DNA of 64,000 nt from Verrucomicrobiota bacterium (GCA_027619375.1 JAQCFL010000002.1:1663-65662), one strand, 5' to 3'; positions 8,013 to 17,396 are shown, numbered from the stretch's first letter. The notes: generated by a model from the letters alone, not told the origin. Numbers and translations: made by a program.

Positions 8013-9086
8013 TCAGGCACCGTTGCTTTCGGGATCGAACAACTCGGCGAAGACCAATTCGCCGGCGGAGGTTTGGAGGGTCGAGATGACGACGACATCC
8101 TGGGTGGTGCCGATCTTTGAAACGCCGTGGTTCACCACGATCATGGTGCCATCGGGGAGGTAGCCGACTCCCTGGTGGTCGTCCTTGCCGGAGCGGACGA
8201 GGGCGAGGCGGATCTTCTCGCCGACCGCCACGGCGGGCTTCAGGGCGTCGGCCAAGTCGTTGATGTTCAGGACTTCGGCATTCTGAAGGCGGGCGACTTT
8301 GGCGAGATTCTCGTCGGTGGTGAGGAGGCGGGCCCCGAGGAGGCGGGCCGTTTGAATGAGGCGGGCGTCGAGACTGTCGGTGGTGGAGGCATCGCCGGCG
8401 TCGTGGATGGAAATGCGAAGCCCGGGATGGGCCTGCATTTCCTCCAGACAGTCCAGACCGCGTTGTCCGCGTTGGCGTTTGGCGACCGAGGGAGAGTTGG
8501 ACATCACCTTCAACTCTTCGAGGACGAAGCGGGGGACGATGAGGCGGCCGGTCAGGAATCCGGAGGCCTGGATGCGGGGGACGCGGCCATCCATGATGAC
8601 GTCGGCGTCGAGAATGAGGGGTTGCCCGGAGGCGGAGTCCTGGCGGAAGCGGACGTAGGGGATGATGAAGGCGAAGTCGTCCTGCCCGCTGCGCAGGGCG
8701 AGGGCCGCCCCGATGAAGCCGAGACTGGCAAAGAGGGAGACGCTGACCGCGAGGCCGACCGTGTCGGCCCGGTCGTCGGTGAGTTGCAGGGCGACGACCA
8801 GGAGGCGGTCGATATCCACCCTGGTGAGCAGCCAGGCACAGAAGATGCCGATGAGCAGTCCGAAGATGGCGTGGGAGAAGCCCCGGACGGTGACCCCCTT
8901 GGCGAGGGCCTCGACGAGGATGAAGAAGGCGGCGACGAGGAGGCCGCCGCCGATTCCCACCCAGAGGGGCATCTCGTAGGAGCTGCCGTGGGTGCTGAGA
9001 GCCACAGCCACGCCGGCGATCTCACACACCAGAAGGTAGATGAGGCGGGCGATGTTGACCGAGGCTATGGAGGATCGTTCCTTCAC
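8013..9086 (-). CDS. PIN/TRAM domain membrane protein (YacL-like)
   Basis: This is the C-terminal 357 codons of ORF 8013..9416, using the GTG at 9086 (VKERSSIASVNIARLIYLL...). It has four N-terminal hydrophobic helices, then a PIN-like region (LILDADVIMDGR...LTTDENLAKVA) and a TRAM-like C-terminus (VGYLPDGTMIVVNHG). The upstream 110 codons are Arg/Gly/Pro-rich and overlap rseP. Confidence 0.75.
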   Translation of the reverse strand: MKERSSIASVNIARLIYLLVCEIAGVAVALSTHGSSYEMPLWVGIGGGLLVAAFFILVEALAKGVTVRGFSHAIFGLLIGIFCAWLLTRVDIDRLLVVALQLTDDRADTVGLAVSVSLFASLGFIGAALALRSGQDDFAFIIPYVRFRQDSASGQPLILDADVIMDGRVPRIQASGFLTGRLIVPRFVLEELKVMSNSPSVAKRQRGQRGLDCLEEMQAHPGLRISIHDAGDASTTDSLDARLIQTARLLGARLLTTDENLAKVARLQNAEVLNINDLADALKPAVAVGEKIRLALVRSGKDDHQGVGYLPDGTMIVVNHGVSKIGTTQDVVVISTLQTSAGELVFAELFDPESNGA

Positions 9087-9142
9087 GATTGTTGTTAGAC
9101 TCCCCGGATTCCAGCGCCGGTGCAAGGTAAACCCTTGGGGCC

Positions 9143-10573
9143 TCAGCCCTGCGCCTCGGCGCCGGATGTCGGCCACTTGGGGGCCTCCGTTTTGCCCCAG
9201 AAGAAGTTGTCCCCGATATCCTTGGAGGTGATGAAGAGGAAGAAGCAGAGGATGACCAGGGCGAACGCGGTTTGAACCACCTCCAGAATTCTGGCCTTCA
9301 CGGGTTTGCCGACGATCATTTCTCCCAGGGAGAGCACCACATGTCCACCGTCGAGCACGGGCAGGGGGAGCATGTTCAAGACGGCCAGATTGACGTTGAA
9401 GAGGACCAGAAACCATATCAGGCGTCTCCAGCCGTTTTCGGTGGTGAGGAGGTCATACATGGCCTTGCCGATGCCCACCGGTCCGGACAGGTGCTGGGGA
9501 CCGACGTCGGAATCCTTGGAAACAATCTTGGCGATGGTGACCCACATCATTCGGAGACTGTCCCCCACCTGCTTGGCAGGGGTCGGATAGACCGGTTCCA
9601 CGCTGACTTCGCCGCCGGGGAGGAAGCCGATGCCGATCTTGGCGAGGCCGTCCTTGGCGTTGAGGGGGACCACCGGGGTGACGTTGAGCGTCAGGACGGA
9701 GTCCTTGCGCAGGATCTCAAACTCGAAGGTTTTGCCTGCGGCATCGTCGATGAGATCGAAGAACCGGTCGCGGGTGATGAGCTTCTCTCCGTTGACGGAG
9801 AGAATCTGGTCGCCGGTTTTCAATCCGGCCTTGAAGGCGGGACCACCCTCGGAGACAGGACCGACGATGGTCTTGTTGGGGACTCCGATGCCGACGTTCC
9901 GCATTCCAGAGCGGCGGAACCAGGGGGAGTCGGCAATTTTAAAGCCGCTGCGCAGGACGAGTGGCTCGGGTTCACCGGGACGTGCGACCCGGAACTCGAT
10001 TTCCTTCCCCTCGCTGAGCATGATCCGCTCCTGCACGCTGTCGAGGGATCCGGCAAAGCCGTTCACCTCTTCCCCGTTGATGGCGAGAATCCTGTCGCCC
10101 ACTTGAAGTTTGGCTTCGGCGGCGGGGCTGCCCTTGGCGATGTAACCAATCTCGGTGGAATGGATAAAATCCTCCGGCTTGCCCACGTTCCAGACGATCA
10201 GACCGGCTGTCAGGGCGAGGAGGAAGCTGAAGATGGGACCGGCGAGGGCGACGATGATCTTGTCGAGGGGTTTGACCTTGGGGAGGGGGGCCTTGTCGTC
10301 GCGGTTGTCGCCCTCGATGGATTCCATGGGAGCCATTTGGGGGAGGGCCACGAAGCCGCCGAAGGGCAGCCAGCCCAGTCCGTATTGGACTCCGTTGACC
10401 TCCTTTTTCCAAAGGGGCTTTCCGAACCAGATCTGGAAGCGGTCGACTTGGAGGCCCCTCCACCGGGCGGCGAGGAAGTGTCCGAGTTCGTGGACGAAAA
10501 TGATGATGTTGAAGAGGGCGACGATGATGGCGATCGACGCCGCGGTTTGCAGCAAATTGACTACGGTATCCAT
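9143..10573 (-). CDS. rseP: RIP (site-2) zinc metalloprotease RseP
   Basis: 476 aa with an HELGHF zinc motif in the first TM region, two PDZ-like segments, and the C-terminal NMLPLPVLDGGH motif. Confidence 0.9.
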   Translation of the reverse strand: MDTVVNLLQTAASIAIIVALFNIIIFVHELGHFLAARWRGLQVDRFQIWFGKPLWKKEVNGVQYGLGWLPFGGFVALPQMAPMESIEGDNRDDKAPLPKVKPLDKIIVALAGPIFSFLLALTAGLIVWNVGKPEDFIHSTEIGYIAKGSPAAEAKLQVGDRILAINGEEVNGFAGSLDSVQERIMLSEGKEIEFRVARPGEPEPLVLRSGFKIADSPWFRRSGMRNVGIGVPNKTIVGPVSEGGPAFKAGLKTGDQILSVNGEKLITRDRFFDLIDDAAGKTFEFEILRKDSVLTLNVTPVVPLNAKDGLAKIGIGFLPGGEVSVEPVYPTPAKQVGDSLRMMWVTIAKIVSKDSDVGPQHLSGPVGIGKAMYDLLTTENGWRRLIWFLVLFNVNLAVLNMLPLPVLDGGHVVLSLGEMIVGKPVKARILEVVQTAFALVILCFFLFITSKDIGDNFFWGKTEAPKWPTSGAEAQG

Positions 10574-10768
10574 GAGTGATGAAGGGTGGGGAACCTAGCG
10601 CCGCAGACCCCGGGGGCAAGCGGAGAAACGTCGGGGCCAGAAGGTCCTGACCCCGTCCTGCCGTGGGGATCCAGCCGCGTCGGCCGGGGCGGACAATTGC
10701 ACAAAATCTTACCATTAAGAAGCATTAAAGAATTGCAATCCAGGCCTGTGGGACTAGGAATGGGGAGC

Positions 10769-10915
10769 ATGAATTTGAGGACGAAACTCATTCTGATCTT
10801 GGCCGGGGCCGGTGCGCTTCTGATGGTGTCCTGTGAAACCTTCGCGGGAATGGGACGTGATATCCAGCGGGCCGGACAAGGGATGGAGAACTCCGGGCAA
10901 GGCCGGGAGTGGTAG
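10769..10915 (+). CDS. Small entericidin-like lipoprotein
   Basis: ATG at 10769 gives MNLRTKLILILAGAGALLMVSC (lipobox) followed by ETFAGMGRDIQRAGQGMENSG, which resembles the EcnA/B family. An alternative start at 10760 is possible. Confidence 0.6.
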   Translation: MNLRTKLILILAGAGALLMVSCETFAGMGRDIQRAGQGMENSGQGREW

Positions 10916-10990
10916 AGCGCGGGGCTTGATCCCCGGCGGGGAGAGAGTCGGCCAAGGGTTGGTCGGCCGGTTGCGGTCGGCCGGGACTCT

Positions 10991-11476
10991 TCAGGCGGTC
11001 CCCGAGATTCGTGAATTTTGATCCAAGTGATCTTCGGTTGCCTTGCGGAGCCGCTTCAGAAGGCTCAGGAGCAAGTCGCGCTCCCGGGTGCTGACCTCGT
11101 CGAAAATCGCCTGCAGGGCGGCCCGGCGTTCCTTGAGGAGCCGCTTGGCGACGGCGGATCCGGCCGGGGTGGCGGACACCGAGACAATTCTCCGATCCTC
11201 CGAATTCCGAAGGGTTTCGACCAATCCCTTGGCGCGAAGGCGTTGGACCGCGGTGGTGATGGAGCCGCTGGTCAGGCCGATGCGCCGTCCGAGATCGTTG
11301 ACGGCCTGGGGTCCCTTCCTGGAAAGCCGGTCCAGAATGCCGAGATCCGAAGCGCAAAGGCTGTCGCCGGAAAGGAGGACACGGTCCAGTTCGGCGAGGG
11401 CCTGCTCTGCCCTACCGACGGCACGCCGGGTGCGAAGGGCCTCGCGCCCCTCTTTCTGGTTGGATGTGGCCATCAC
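10991..11476 (-). CDS. MarR family transcriptional regulator
   Basis: 161 aa with a winged-HTH core (LGILDRLSRKGPQAVNDLGRRIGLTSGSITTAVQRLRAKGLVETLRNSEDRR) typical of MarR. Confidence 0.8.
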   Translation of the reverse strand: MMATSNQKEGREALRTRRAVGRAEQALAELDRVLLSGDSLCASDLGILDRLSRKGPQAVNDLGRRIGLTSGSITTAVQRLRAKGLVETLRNSEDRRIVSVSATPAGSAVAKRLLKERRAALQAIFDEVSTRERDLLLSLLKRLRKATEDHLDQNSRISGTA

Positions 11477-11509
11477 GGGACCCGGTCGCCGGGGACCGGA
11501 CCAAGGGTC

Positions 11510-11869
11510 TTAGAACCAAGTCTTTCGGCCCGTGATGTAGGTCTTCACAAATTCCTCGTCCGGCTTGGTGAGATACATGATGTCCTCGACGATGCCGATA
11601 ATTGAGACGATGGAGGTCGGGATCCCACAAAGAAAGAAACCGACCACGCCGATGACGAGCATGATGATGCCTTCCTTCTGGTAGCCGAGGTAGAACTTGT
11701 GGACGCCGAGCCAGCCCAGAAGGATGGCGAGAATCCCAGCCACCATCTTCTTTTCGGACCCGGCAGGACCGGCCGGGGCCCCGGCGGCGGGTGCGGGATT
11801 CGCGGGAGGAGCGGCTTCGGGTGCGGGATCTGGAGCCGCATCTGTGGCGGATTGTTCTTCTTCAGACAT
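11510..11869 (-). CDS. TM2 domain-containing membrane protein
   Basis: An internal ATG at 11869 gives MSEEEQSATDA..., a Pro/Ala-rich linker, then the TM2 signature VAGILAILLGWLGVHKFYLGYQKEG and a second helix. Confidence 0.75.
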   Translation of the reverse strand: MSEEEQSATDAAPDPAPEAAPPANPAPAAGAPAGPAGSEKKMVAGILAILLGWLGVHKFYLGYQKEGIIMLVIGVVGFFLCGIPTSIVSIIGIVEDIMYLTKPDEEFVKTYITGRKTWF

Positions 11870-12015
11870 AGTGGAGTAATCTAGAGAGGGCGGGAGAGCA
11901 CTGACAAGGAAAGACGGAGGGGGAGGCCTTGATGTTGCGAGAATTCCGTCTTGGAGTGCTTTTGCTCGAAATTCGCTCCGGATGGGCAAGACTCCCGCCC
12001 TGTTCACCCCGATTG

Positions 12016-12726
12016 ATGAAGCCCCACGTTCTTCTAGCCGAAGTCGCTACTCCCGCGGGAGATCAGCTGGCCCTCTATTCTCACGACGACAACTTTTTCC
12101 TGAAGGCCAATGGCGTCCAGCTCATGACGAGTGCGGCCCAGGCGCCGGAGGAAGAGTTGGCGCGCCTGGGATGCGCTCCGCTGCGTCCCGCAGCCCAGCC
12201 CCACGTCCTCATCGGGGGCTTGGGGCTTGGTTTCACCCTGGCGGAGGCTTGCCGGGCCCTGCCGCAGAAGGGAGCCCGCTTCACCGTGGCGGAGGTGATC
12301 CCAGAACTGGTGAGCTGGAACAAGACCCATCTCGCCCACCTGCACCCCGGCGTGTGGGAAGATCCGCGGGTGGCGATCCATCGAGGCGATGTGCGGGACC
12401 TGATCGGCAGGCGGCAGGAGGCCTACAATGTCATCCTCCTCGACGCGGACAACAGCCCGGAGGCCTTCCTGGGGCAAAATAACGATCCGCTTTCCACGTT
12501 GGAGGGACTGCAAGAGCTCTCTGCGGCGCTGAAGGCCGGAGGCATTCTGGCCATTTGGTCCGCCTCTGGGGACCCGGGCATCGAGCAGCGCCTGAGCAGG
12601 GCCGGCTTCGAGGTCAGCCGGGCGGAAGTTCCCGCAGCTCATCGGGGTCAACGGAAACGCCGACACATCATCTGGATCGCCCGTAATGGGGAGTATCAAC
12701 CGAAACGACATTCTCAAAAACCATGA
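12016..12726 (+). CDS. Spermidine-synthase-like class I methyltransferase-fold protein
   Basis: ATG at 12016 (MKPHVLLAEV...). It has a Gly-rich nucleotide loop VLIGGLGLGFT and an acidic loop VILLDADNSP. Its stop overlaps the next start (ATGA at 12723-12726). Confidence 0.7.
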   Translation: MKPHVLLAEVATPAGDQLALYSHDDNFFLKANGVQLMTSAAQAPEEELARLGCAPLRPAAQPHVLIGGLGLGFTLAEACRALPQKGARFTVAEVIPELVSWNKTHLAHLHPGVWEDPRVAIHRGDVRDLIGRRQEAYNVILLDADNSPEAFLGQNNDPLSTLEGLQELSAALKAGGILAIWSASGDPGIEQRLSRAGFEVSRAEVPAAHRGQRKRRHIIWIARNGEYQPKRHSQKP

Positions 12727-14138
12727 AGTCCCTGATCATCTCATCTGCCCTCCTGCTTGCCCTCCCCGCCTTCTCCCGGGCCGGGGAGGTCACCGTGGAG
12801 CCCGCCCCCTTCGAAGCAACCGTGCAGCTGGACGGAGTCCTTCTCCCCCCGGGTGGCGAGGGGCTTTCCTTTGACTTGGATCGCTGGAGCGATCTGAAAA
12901 TACTTGATATCAAGGAACAAGGCGCGCCGATCAAGAAGGGGGAGAAGATTGTGACCCTCGATCTGGAAGGCATTGAGCGAAAAATCGCGGATGACAAGAC
13001 GGCGGCGCAACTGCGGGCCCTGGAATTGGCGAATGCGGAGCGGGATCTCGCGAATCTCAAGATTTCCACCGCTTGGAAATTGGAGGTCGCCAAGCGGGCC
13101 TTTCAGCGGACCAAGGAGGACCTCGCCTATTTCAAGGAGGTTGGCCGACCAATCGCCGAAGAGTTCGCAGGGCGTTCGGTGGATCGGGCCAAGCGGTCCT
13201 TGGAAGGTCAGCAGGAGGAGTTGGCCCAGTTGTTGAAGATGTATGAGGAGGACGACCTGACCGAGGAGACCGAGGAGATCATTCTGAAGCGTCAGAAGGA
13301 CTCGGTGGAGGATGCCACCTACATGGTGAAGCGGACCGAGCTCGGTGCGAAGCAGACCTTGGAGGTGGAGCTTCCCCGGCAGGAGGTCGATCTGGAGCAG
13401 GGTTTCAAGGATGCCGAGTTGACCTGGACCTCCCAGAGCGAGCTTCTTCCCAGAGCGCTGGAGCAGAAAAGCCTTGAGGTCAAGAAATTGCGCCTGGAGG
13501 ACGAACGGGCCAGGGAAGCGGAAGCGGAGATCGTCGCCGACCTGAAGAGGATGAGTCCGGCCTCTCCGGTGACCGGGCGGGTCTATTACGGGGAAATCGC
13601 GGATGGCAGCTGGGTTCCAACGGATGCTGCCAAATTCATGAAGGAGCGGGGACTCATCCCGACCGGGGTGGTCTATGCAACGGTCATTCCGACCGGGGCA
13701 CCCTTGGAGGTGCATGCCTTTGCCGACGAAGCGGTGGTGACGCAGGCCCGGAAGGCCAAGGGAGGCTACTTGTCCCCGATCTCCGCACCACGCCAACGCC
13801 TGCCGCTCACCCTGAAGTCGGCCGCCTCCTACCCCGGGGTGGACGGGAAGTATCATGTGGTCTTGACCCTGGATAATGGGATCAAGGATCTGGAGCTCGT
13901 GGCGGGCATGAAGGGGAAGGTGACGCTGGTGACCATCCGCCGGGAGGCAGCCTTGAGTATTCCGGTCGAAGCGCTGCACGAAGAGGCGGACGGGACCTTC
14001 ACGGTGAAGATCAAGTTGGCGGACGGGGCTTCCGAAAGCCGGACCGTGGTGCCTGGGGCGGAAGCAAAAGGGACCGTGGAGATCGTCAGTGGTCTGGAGG
14101 CCGGCCAGGTCGTCCTGGTGGAGGGCGGGGCGGAATGA
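12723..14138 (+). CDS. Secreted HlyD/membrane-fusion-protein-like adaptor
   Basis: 471 aa with a signal peptide (MKSLIISSALLLALPAFSRA), a long central coiled-coil-like Glu/Leu/Lys-rich region and a beta-rich C-terminus (GMKGKVTLVT...VEIVSGLEAGQVVLVEG). This is typical of periplasmic adaptor subunits. Confidence 0.65.
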   Translation: MKSLIISSALLLALPAFSRAGEVTVEPAPFEATVQLDGVLLPPGGEGLSFDLDRWSDLKILDIKEQGAPIKKGEKIVTLDLEGIERKIADDKTAAQLRALELANAERDLANLKISTAWKLEVAKRAFQRTKEDLAYFKEVGRPIAEEFAGRSVDRAKRSLEGQQEELAQLLKMYEEDDLTEETEEIILKRQKDSVEDATYMVKRTELGAKQTLEVELPRQEVDLEQGFKDAELTWTSQSELLPRALEQKSLEVKKLRLEDERAREAEAEIVADLKRMSPASPVTGRVYYGEIADGSWVPTDAAKFMKERGLIPTGVVYATVIPTGAPLEVHAFADEAVVTQARKAKGGYLSPISAPRQRLPLTLKSAASYPGVDGKYHVVLTLDNGIKDLELVAGMKGKVTLVTIRREAALSIPVEALHEEADGTFTVKIKLADGASESRTVVPGAEAKGTVEIVSGLEAGQVVLVEGGAE

Positions 14139-15373
14139 GAACCCTGGCGGGACAGGCCCTGTGCCTCTGTTTGGCCCTCGGATCCGGGGGAAGCCCCGCC
14201 GAGGAGCCGGCTCCGGCAGAGGCAACGGTCCCGGCCTGGAAATCCGATTTGCCCCCGCTGCCGGAGCTGACTCCGCCCAGCGCGGAGGTCTTGGAGAAAT
14301 CGATCCGGGCAGGGGTGGATTTCCTGGTCTCCCGCCAAAACGCGAATGGTTCCTGGGGCGGCCCCACCGAAACCAAGGGCCTGAACATCTATGCGCCGAT
14401 TCCGGGGGCGCACCATGCCTTTCGGTCGGGAGCCTCGGGATTGGCTCTCTACGGAATCTTGGCGTCAAGGGATCAGCGCGCGAGCACCAAGGCGGCCATC
14501 GACAAGGCGGAAGTCTGGTTCCTGGCGGAGCTGCCCCGCCTGCGCCGTGCCGAGCAGACCACCACCTACAATGTTTGGGGTCATGCCTACGGGTTGCGAG
14601 CCTTGTGCGCCCTCTACGAGTATCGGGCCGGGGATGAGCCAAAACGGAGCGCGCTGAAAGCGTTGGGAGCGCAACAGGTCGAACTTCTCCAGCGCTACGA
14701 AGACATCAATGGCGGCTGGGGCTATTTGGATCTGGATGCCACCATCACCAGGAAGCCCTCGGGGATTCCCACCAGCTTCACCACCGCCTCAGCCATGATT
14801 GCCTTGCATGAGGCTCGGGAGGTGATGGGCCTGGCCCTGCCCGAGCGGGAGGTGGATCGCGGACTGCGTTTCCTTCAACGCCAGCAGACACCGGATTTCG
14901 CCTACCTTTACTCCGATAACCATCGCTACCGACCCCGCTACCCGATTAACCGACCAGCCGGTTCTTTGTGCCGCTCCCAAGCTTGCTCGGCAGCGCGGCG
15001 TTACTTTGGGGATGAGGCCGTCACGGATGAGATTCTGAAGGAATGGTTGAAACGCCTGATCCTCCGCAACGGGTGGGTGGACATCGCCCGGAAGAGACCG
15101 GTCCCTCACGAGACCCATTTTCAGAACTCCGGCTACTTTTATTACTACGGCCACTTCTACGCAACCGACTGCATTGCCCTTCTTCCAGAAGCCGACCAGT
15201 TGGTTTATTATCAGAATCTGGCGACTATTTTGCTCCCCAAACAGGAGAAGGATGGTTCCTGGTGGGACTACCCGCTCTACTCGTATCACAAGCCCTATGG
15301 GACGGGATACGTCTTGGCGACCTTGTCGCGGTGCCGGGATGGCGGAATGGGGAAAAGACCGGACGCCAAGTAG
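14135..15373 (+). CDS. Secreted prenyltransferase/squalene-oxidase-repeat protein
   Basis: 412 aa with a signal peptide and repeated motifs SRQNANGSWGG, EDINGGWGYLD and QEKDGSWWDY, typical of terpenoid-cyclase/prenyltransferase alpha-alpha-toroid repeats. There is an ATGA overlap with the upstream gene at 14135-14138. Confidence 0.65.
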   Translation: MRTLAGQALCLCLALGSGGSPAEEPAPAEATVPAWKSDLPPLPELTPPSAEVLEKSIRAGVDFLVSRQNANGSWGGPTETKGLNIYAPIPGAHHAFRSGASGLALYGILASRDQRASTKAAIDKAEVWFLAELPRLRRAEQTTTYNVWGHAYGLRALCALYEYRAGDEPKRSALKALGAQQVELLQRYEDINGGWGYLDLDATITRKPSGIPTSFTTASAMIALHEAREVMGLALPEREVDRGLRFLQRQQTPDFAYLYSDNHRYRPRYPINRPAGSLCRSQACSAARRYFGDEAVTDEILKEWLKRLILRNGWVDIARKRPVPHETHFQNSGYFYYYGHFYATDCIALLPEADQLVYYQNLATILLPKQEKDGSWWDYPLYSYHKPYGTGYVLATLSRCRDGGMGKRPDAK

Positions 15374-15390
15374 TAAGGCGCGCCAAATAA

Positions 15391-16107
15391 TCAAACCTTC
15401 TGGTCGGAACTTCGCAGGCTCAGATCGCCGACTTCGACATGGGCCGGGGCCTCGAGGATGTGGAGAACGGCTTGGGCGACATCCTGGGGGTCGAGCATTC
15501 GGAGGGAGGAGCGCATCGCGGCGAGTTCGCCTTCACGCCCCTTGAAATAGCTGTCGACGAGGGGGGTCTCGACAAACCCGGGGGAAACGCTGGAAATTTG
15601 ATGGGAAGAACCGTCCAGTCGGAACTCAGCGCGGAGGGCTTCTGTGATGCCGCGCACCGCATACTTGCTGGGGGCATAGAATCCGCCGGTGGGGGGCACG
15701 CGATGACCGGAAAGGGAGGAAATGTTGACGATGCGTCCTCCGCTGACGGGGAAGCGCTGGAGGGCCTCTTGGCAGCAGATGGCGAGGCCGTGGACGTTGA
15801 CCTCCCACATTTCCGCCCACTCGGCAGGGTCCCCGTCGGTGAGGCGGGAAAGGTGGGCGATACCGGCGTTGTTGACAAGGATGTCGAGGCGGGGGGAGGC
15901 GGCGTCGAGGATCTCGAAGGCGTGGGCGATCCGCGCTGGTTGGCGGAGGTCGCAGGAGATGGGGGTCGCCCCATCGGGGATCCGGCCAATCTTGCGGCAC
16001 ATTCCGAAGACCGTGGCCCCGCGCTCGAGGAGGGCGGAGGCGATCACTTTGCCGATGCCGCTGGAGGCCCCGGTGACGAGGGCGACTTTTCCACGGAGGG
16101 GACTCAT
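15391..16107 (-). CDS. Short-chain dehydrogenase/reductase (SDR) family oxidoreductase
   Basis: An internal ATG at 16107 gives MSPLRGKVALVTGASSGIGK, the TGxxxGxG motif. The catalytic YAPSK (YxxxK) and NNAG motifs are present. Confidence 0.85.
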   Translation of the reverse strand: MSPLRGKVALVTGASSGIGKVIASALLERGATVFGMCRKIGRIPDGATPISCDLRQPARIAHAFEILDAASPRLDILVNNAGIAHLSRLTDGDPAEWAEMWEVNVHGLAICCQEALQRFPVSGGRIVNISSLSGHRVPPTGGFYAPSKYAVRGITEALRAEFRLDGSSHQISSVSPGFVETPLVDSYFKGREGELAAMRSSLRMLDPQDVAQAVLHILEAPAHVEVGDLSLRSSDQKV

Positions 16108-16251
16108 GCGGGGGAGTGTAGGGAATTCGGAGGCGATGGAAATCCGGGAATGCTGGAGGGAGAATGTCTGAGGCATTTACGGTAAAAGCCGGATGAATTT
16201 GAACAGGAGATCGGGGAGGTCGCCGAGCGCCCATGATAGACGGCCGGATAG

Positions 16252-16580
16252 ATGGCCTGTCCCGTGCCCGTCAGTCGTCCCGTCACCGCCCCTTAGCCCG
16301 TCACCCACGTCACCGACAGTAGGCCAGTCCCTTAGTCCGTCCCACGTCACCGACAGTAGGCCTGTCCCTTAGTCCGTCCCTTAGTCCGTCGCCGAGGCCT
16401 GTCCCTTAGTCCGTCGCCGAGCACCGACAGTAGGCCAGCACCGACAGTAGGCCTGTCCCTTAGCCCCGACAGTAGGCCTGTCCCTTAGTCCGTCGTCCGT
16501 CCCTTAGTCCGTCGTCCCTTAGTCCGTCGCCGTCCCTTAGTCCGTCGCCTTAGTCTGTCGGTCCCTTAGTCTGTCGTCGG
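16252..16580. repeat. Short tandem repeat array A (about 10 copies of ~15-bp unit GTCCCTTAGTCCGTC interspersed with CACCGACAGTAGGCC units)
   Basis: Read directly from the sequence: CCCTTAGTC recurs at about 16328, 16364, 16376, 16401, 16479, 16500, 16515 and 16533, with variants at 16454, 16548 and 16561. There are no spacers and no convincing ORF. Confidence 0.8.
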
Positions 16581-16607
16581 AGGGCCGGACAAATGGCCGG
16601 TCCCTTG

Positions 16608-16824
16608 TCCCGGAGGGACTAGGAACGGTAGCCGGTGGTAACACCACCGGGTCTCCTCGTCGTCTGGAAGAGCACCCCGGAGGGGCGCGGTAGATCCTGG
16701 CATACGGGTTGAACCGATCTCGTTGTGTTTCGCCCGCTCCCGCGCCCCTCCGGGGTGCCAATCAATAATCTGGCCAAGGTTCCGGTGGTGCTACCACCGG
16801 CTACCGTCCGAGGTCCCTCCGGGA
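16608..16824. repeat. Family A TIR miniature element, copy 2
   Basis: TCCCGGAGGGACTAGGAACGGTAGCCGGTGGTAACACCACC ... GGTGGTGCTACCACCGGCTACCGTCCGAGGTCCCTCCGGGA. It is collinear with 7681..7896, differing mainly in the central ~40 bp. Confidence 0.75.
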
Positions 16825-16859
16825 CGAAGAGAACGTCGACTCGCCATTGGGCGGGAGAG

Positions 16860-16970
16860 ATGGCCTGTCCCTTGTCCGACCGGTCCCTTGTCCGTCCGGT
16901 CCGGTCCCTTCTCCGTCCGGTCCGGTCCCTTGTCGGTCCGGGTCCCTTGTCGGTCCGACCGGTCCCTGTG
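16860..16970. repeat. Short tandem repeat array B (about 6 copies of GGTCCCTTGTCCGTCC-like unit)
   Basis: ATGGCCTGTCCCTTGTCCGACCGGTCCCTTGTCCGTCCGGTCCGGTCCCTTCTCCGTCCGGTCCGGTCCCTTGTCGGTCCGGGTCCCTTGTCGGTCCGACCGGTCCC. It lies on the other side of the family A element from array A. Confidence 0.75.
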
Positions 16971-17146
16971 GTGGAGACCTTTTGACGAAAACAACGCTGT
17001 ATCAACGATCCCAGGCCACAACAGGGCCCAATAGCGAAAGTCGGGCTCCTTGCAGGGGCCCGCTGCCACCAGACGTTCCTTTGCCTGATTCATCGGCCAA
17101 TCGAGTGCCGATTGCGACTCATGGAGTGGATTCCTTCGGATACGGG

Positions 17147-17226
17147 CGGGTTAGGAAACAACTCCGCCAATCTGCTGGTCCTTTTGGCCAACACCTGCGT
17201 TGGCTTCCAGGTCGAATAGCCTGCTG
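17147..17226 (+). repeat. ~80-bp direct repeat, copy 1 (upstream of trpS)
   Basis: GGGTTAGGAAACAACTCCGCCAATCTGCTGGTCCTTTTGGCCAACACCTGCGTTGGCTTCCAGGTCGAATAGCCTGCT matches 18747..18825 with few mismatches. It contains the hairpin GCCAAC-ACCTGC-GTTGGC. Confidence 0.7.
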
Positions 17227-17396
17227 GCACTCGACGGAGGCACGTTCGAAGAGGCCCCCTTGAATGTCGGGGAGCTCGGGGGCGTTTCCCGCGGGGCGGG
17301 CCACGAGGATCTTGCCGTCCCGACAGAGGAAGGCACCGGGCATTTGGAGGCACCCGCAGTCTTGCCGCGGGGCGGGGGGCTGCTACAACACGCGCC

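Noticed and set aside
12741-14642. Very long antisense ORFs, including 12741..14642 (633 aa), 2766..4568 (600 aa), 46029..48395 (788 aa), 26766..28505 (579 aa), 39021..40778 (585 aa), 33140..34675 (511 aa) and 22159..23955 (598 aa)
   Set aside because: These are mirror-frame ORFs typical of high-GC DNA. The products are Arg/Pro/Gly/His-rich low-complexity strings with no motifs, while the opposite strand encodes clearly recognisable proteins. The one exception is the last 97 codons of 22159..23955, which I use as the N-terminus of the thioredoxin-like gene.
16252-16970. CRISPR array
   Set aside because: The repeat units are only ~15 bp and directly abut each other with no unique spacers. There is no leader and no cas genes in the window.
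16860-16985. Short peptide genes starting MACP... (ATGGCCTGTCCC at 16252, 16860 and 54985)
   Set aside because: The reading frames differ after the first four codons, two of them run through tandem repeats, and there is no ribosome-binding site. A shared repeat terminus explains the recurrence better. It is mentioned in the repeat finding only.
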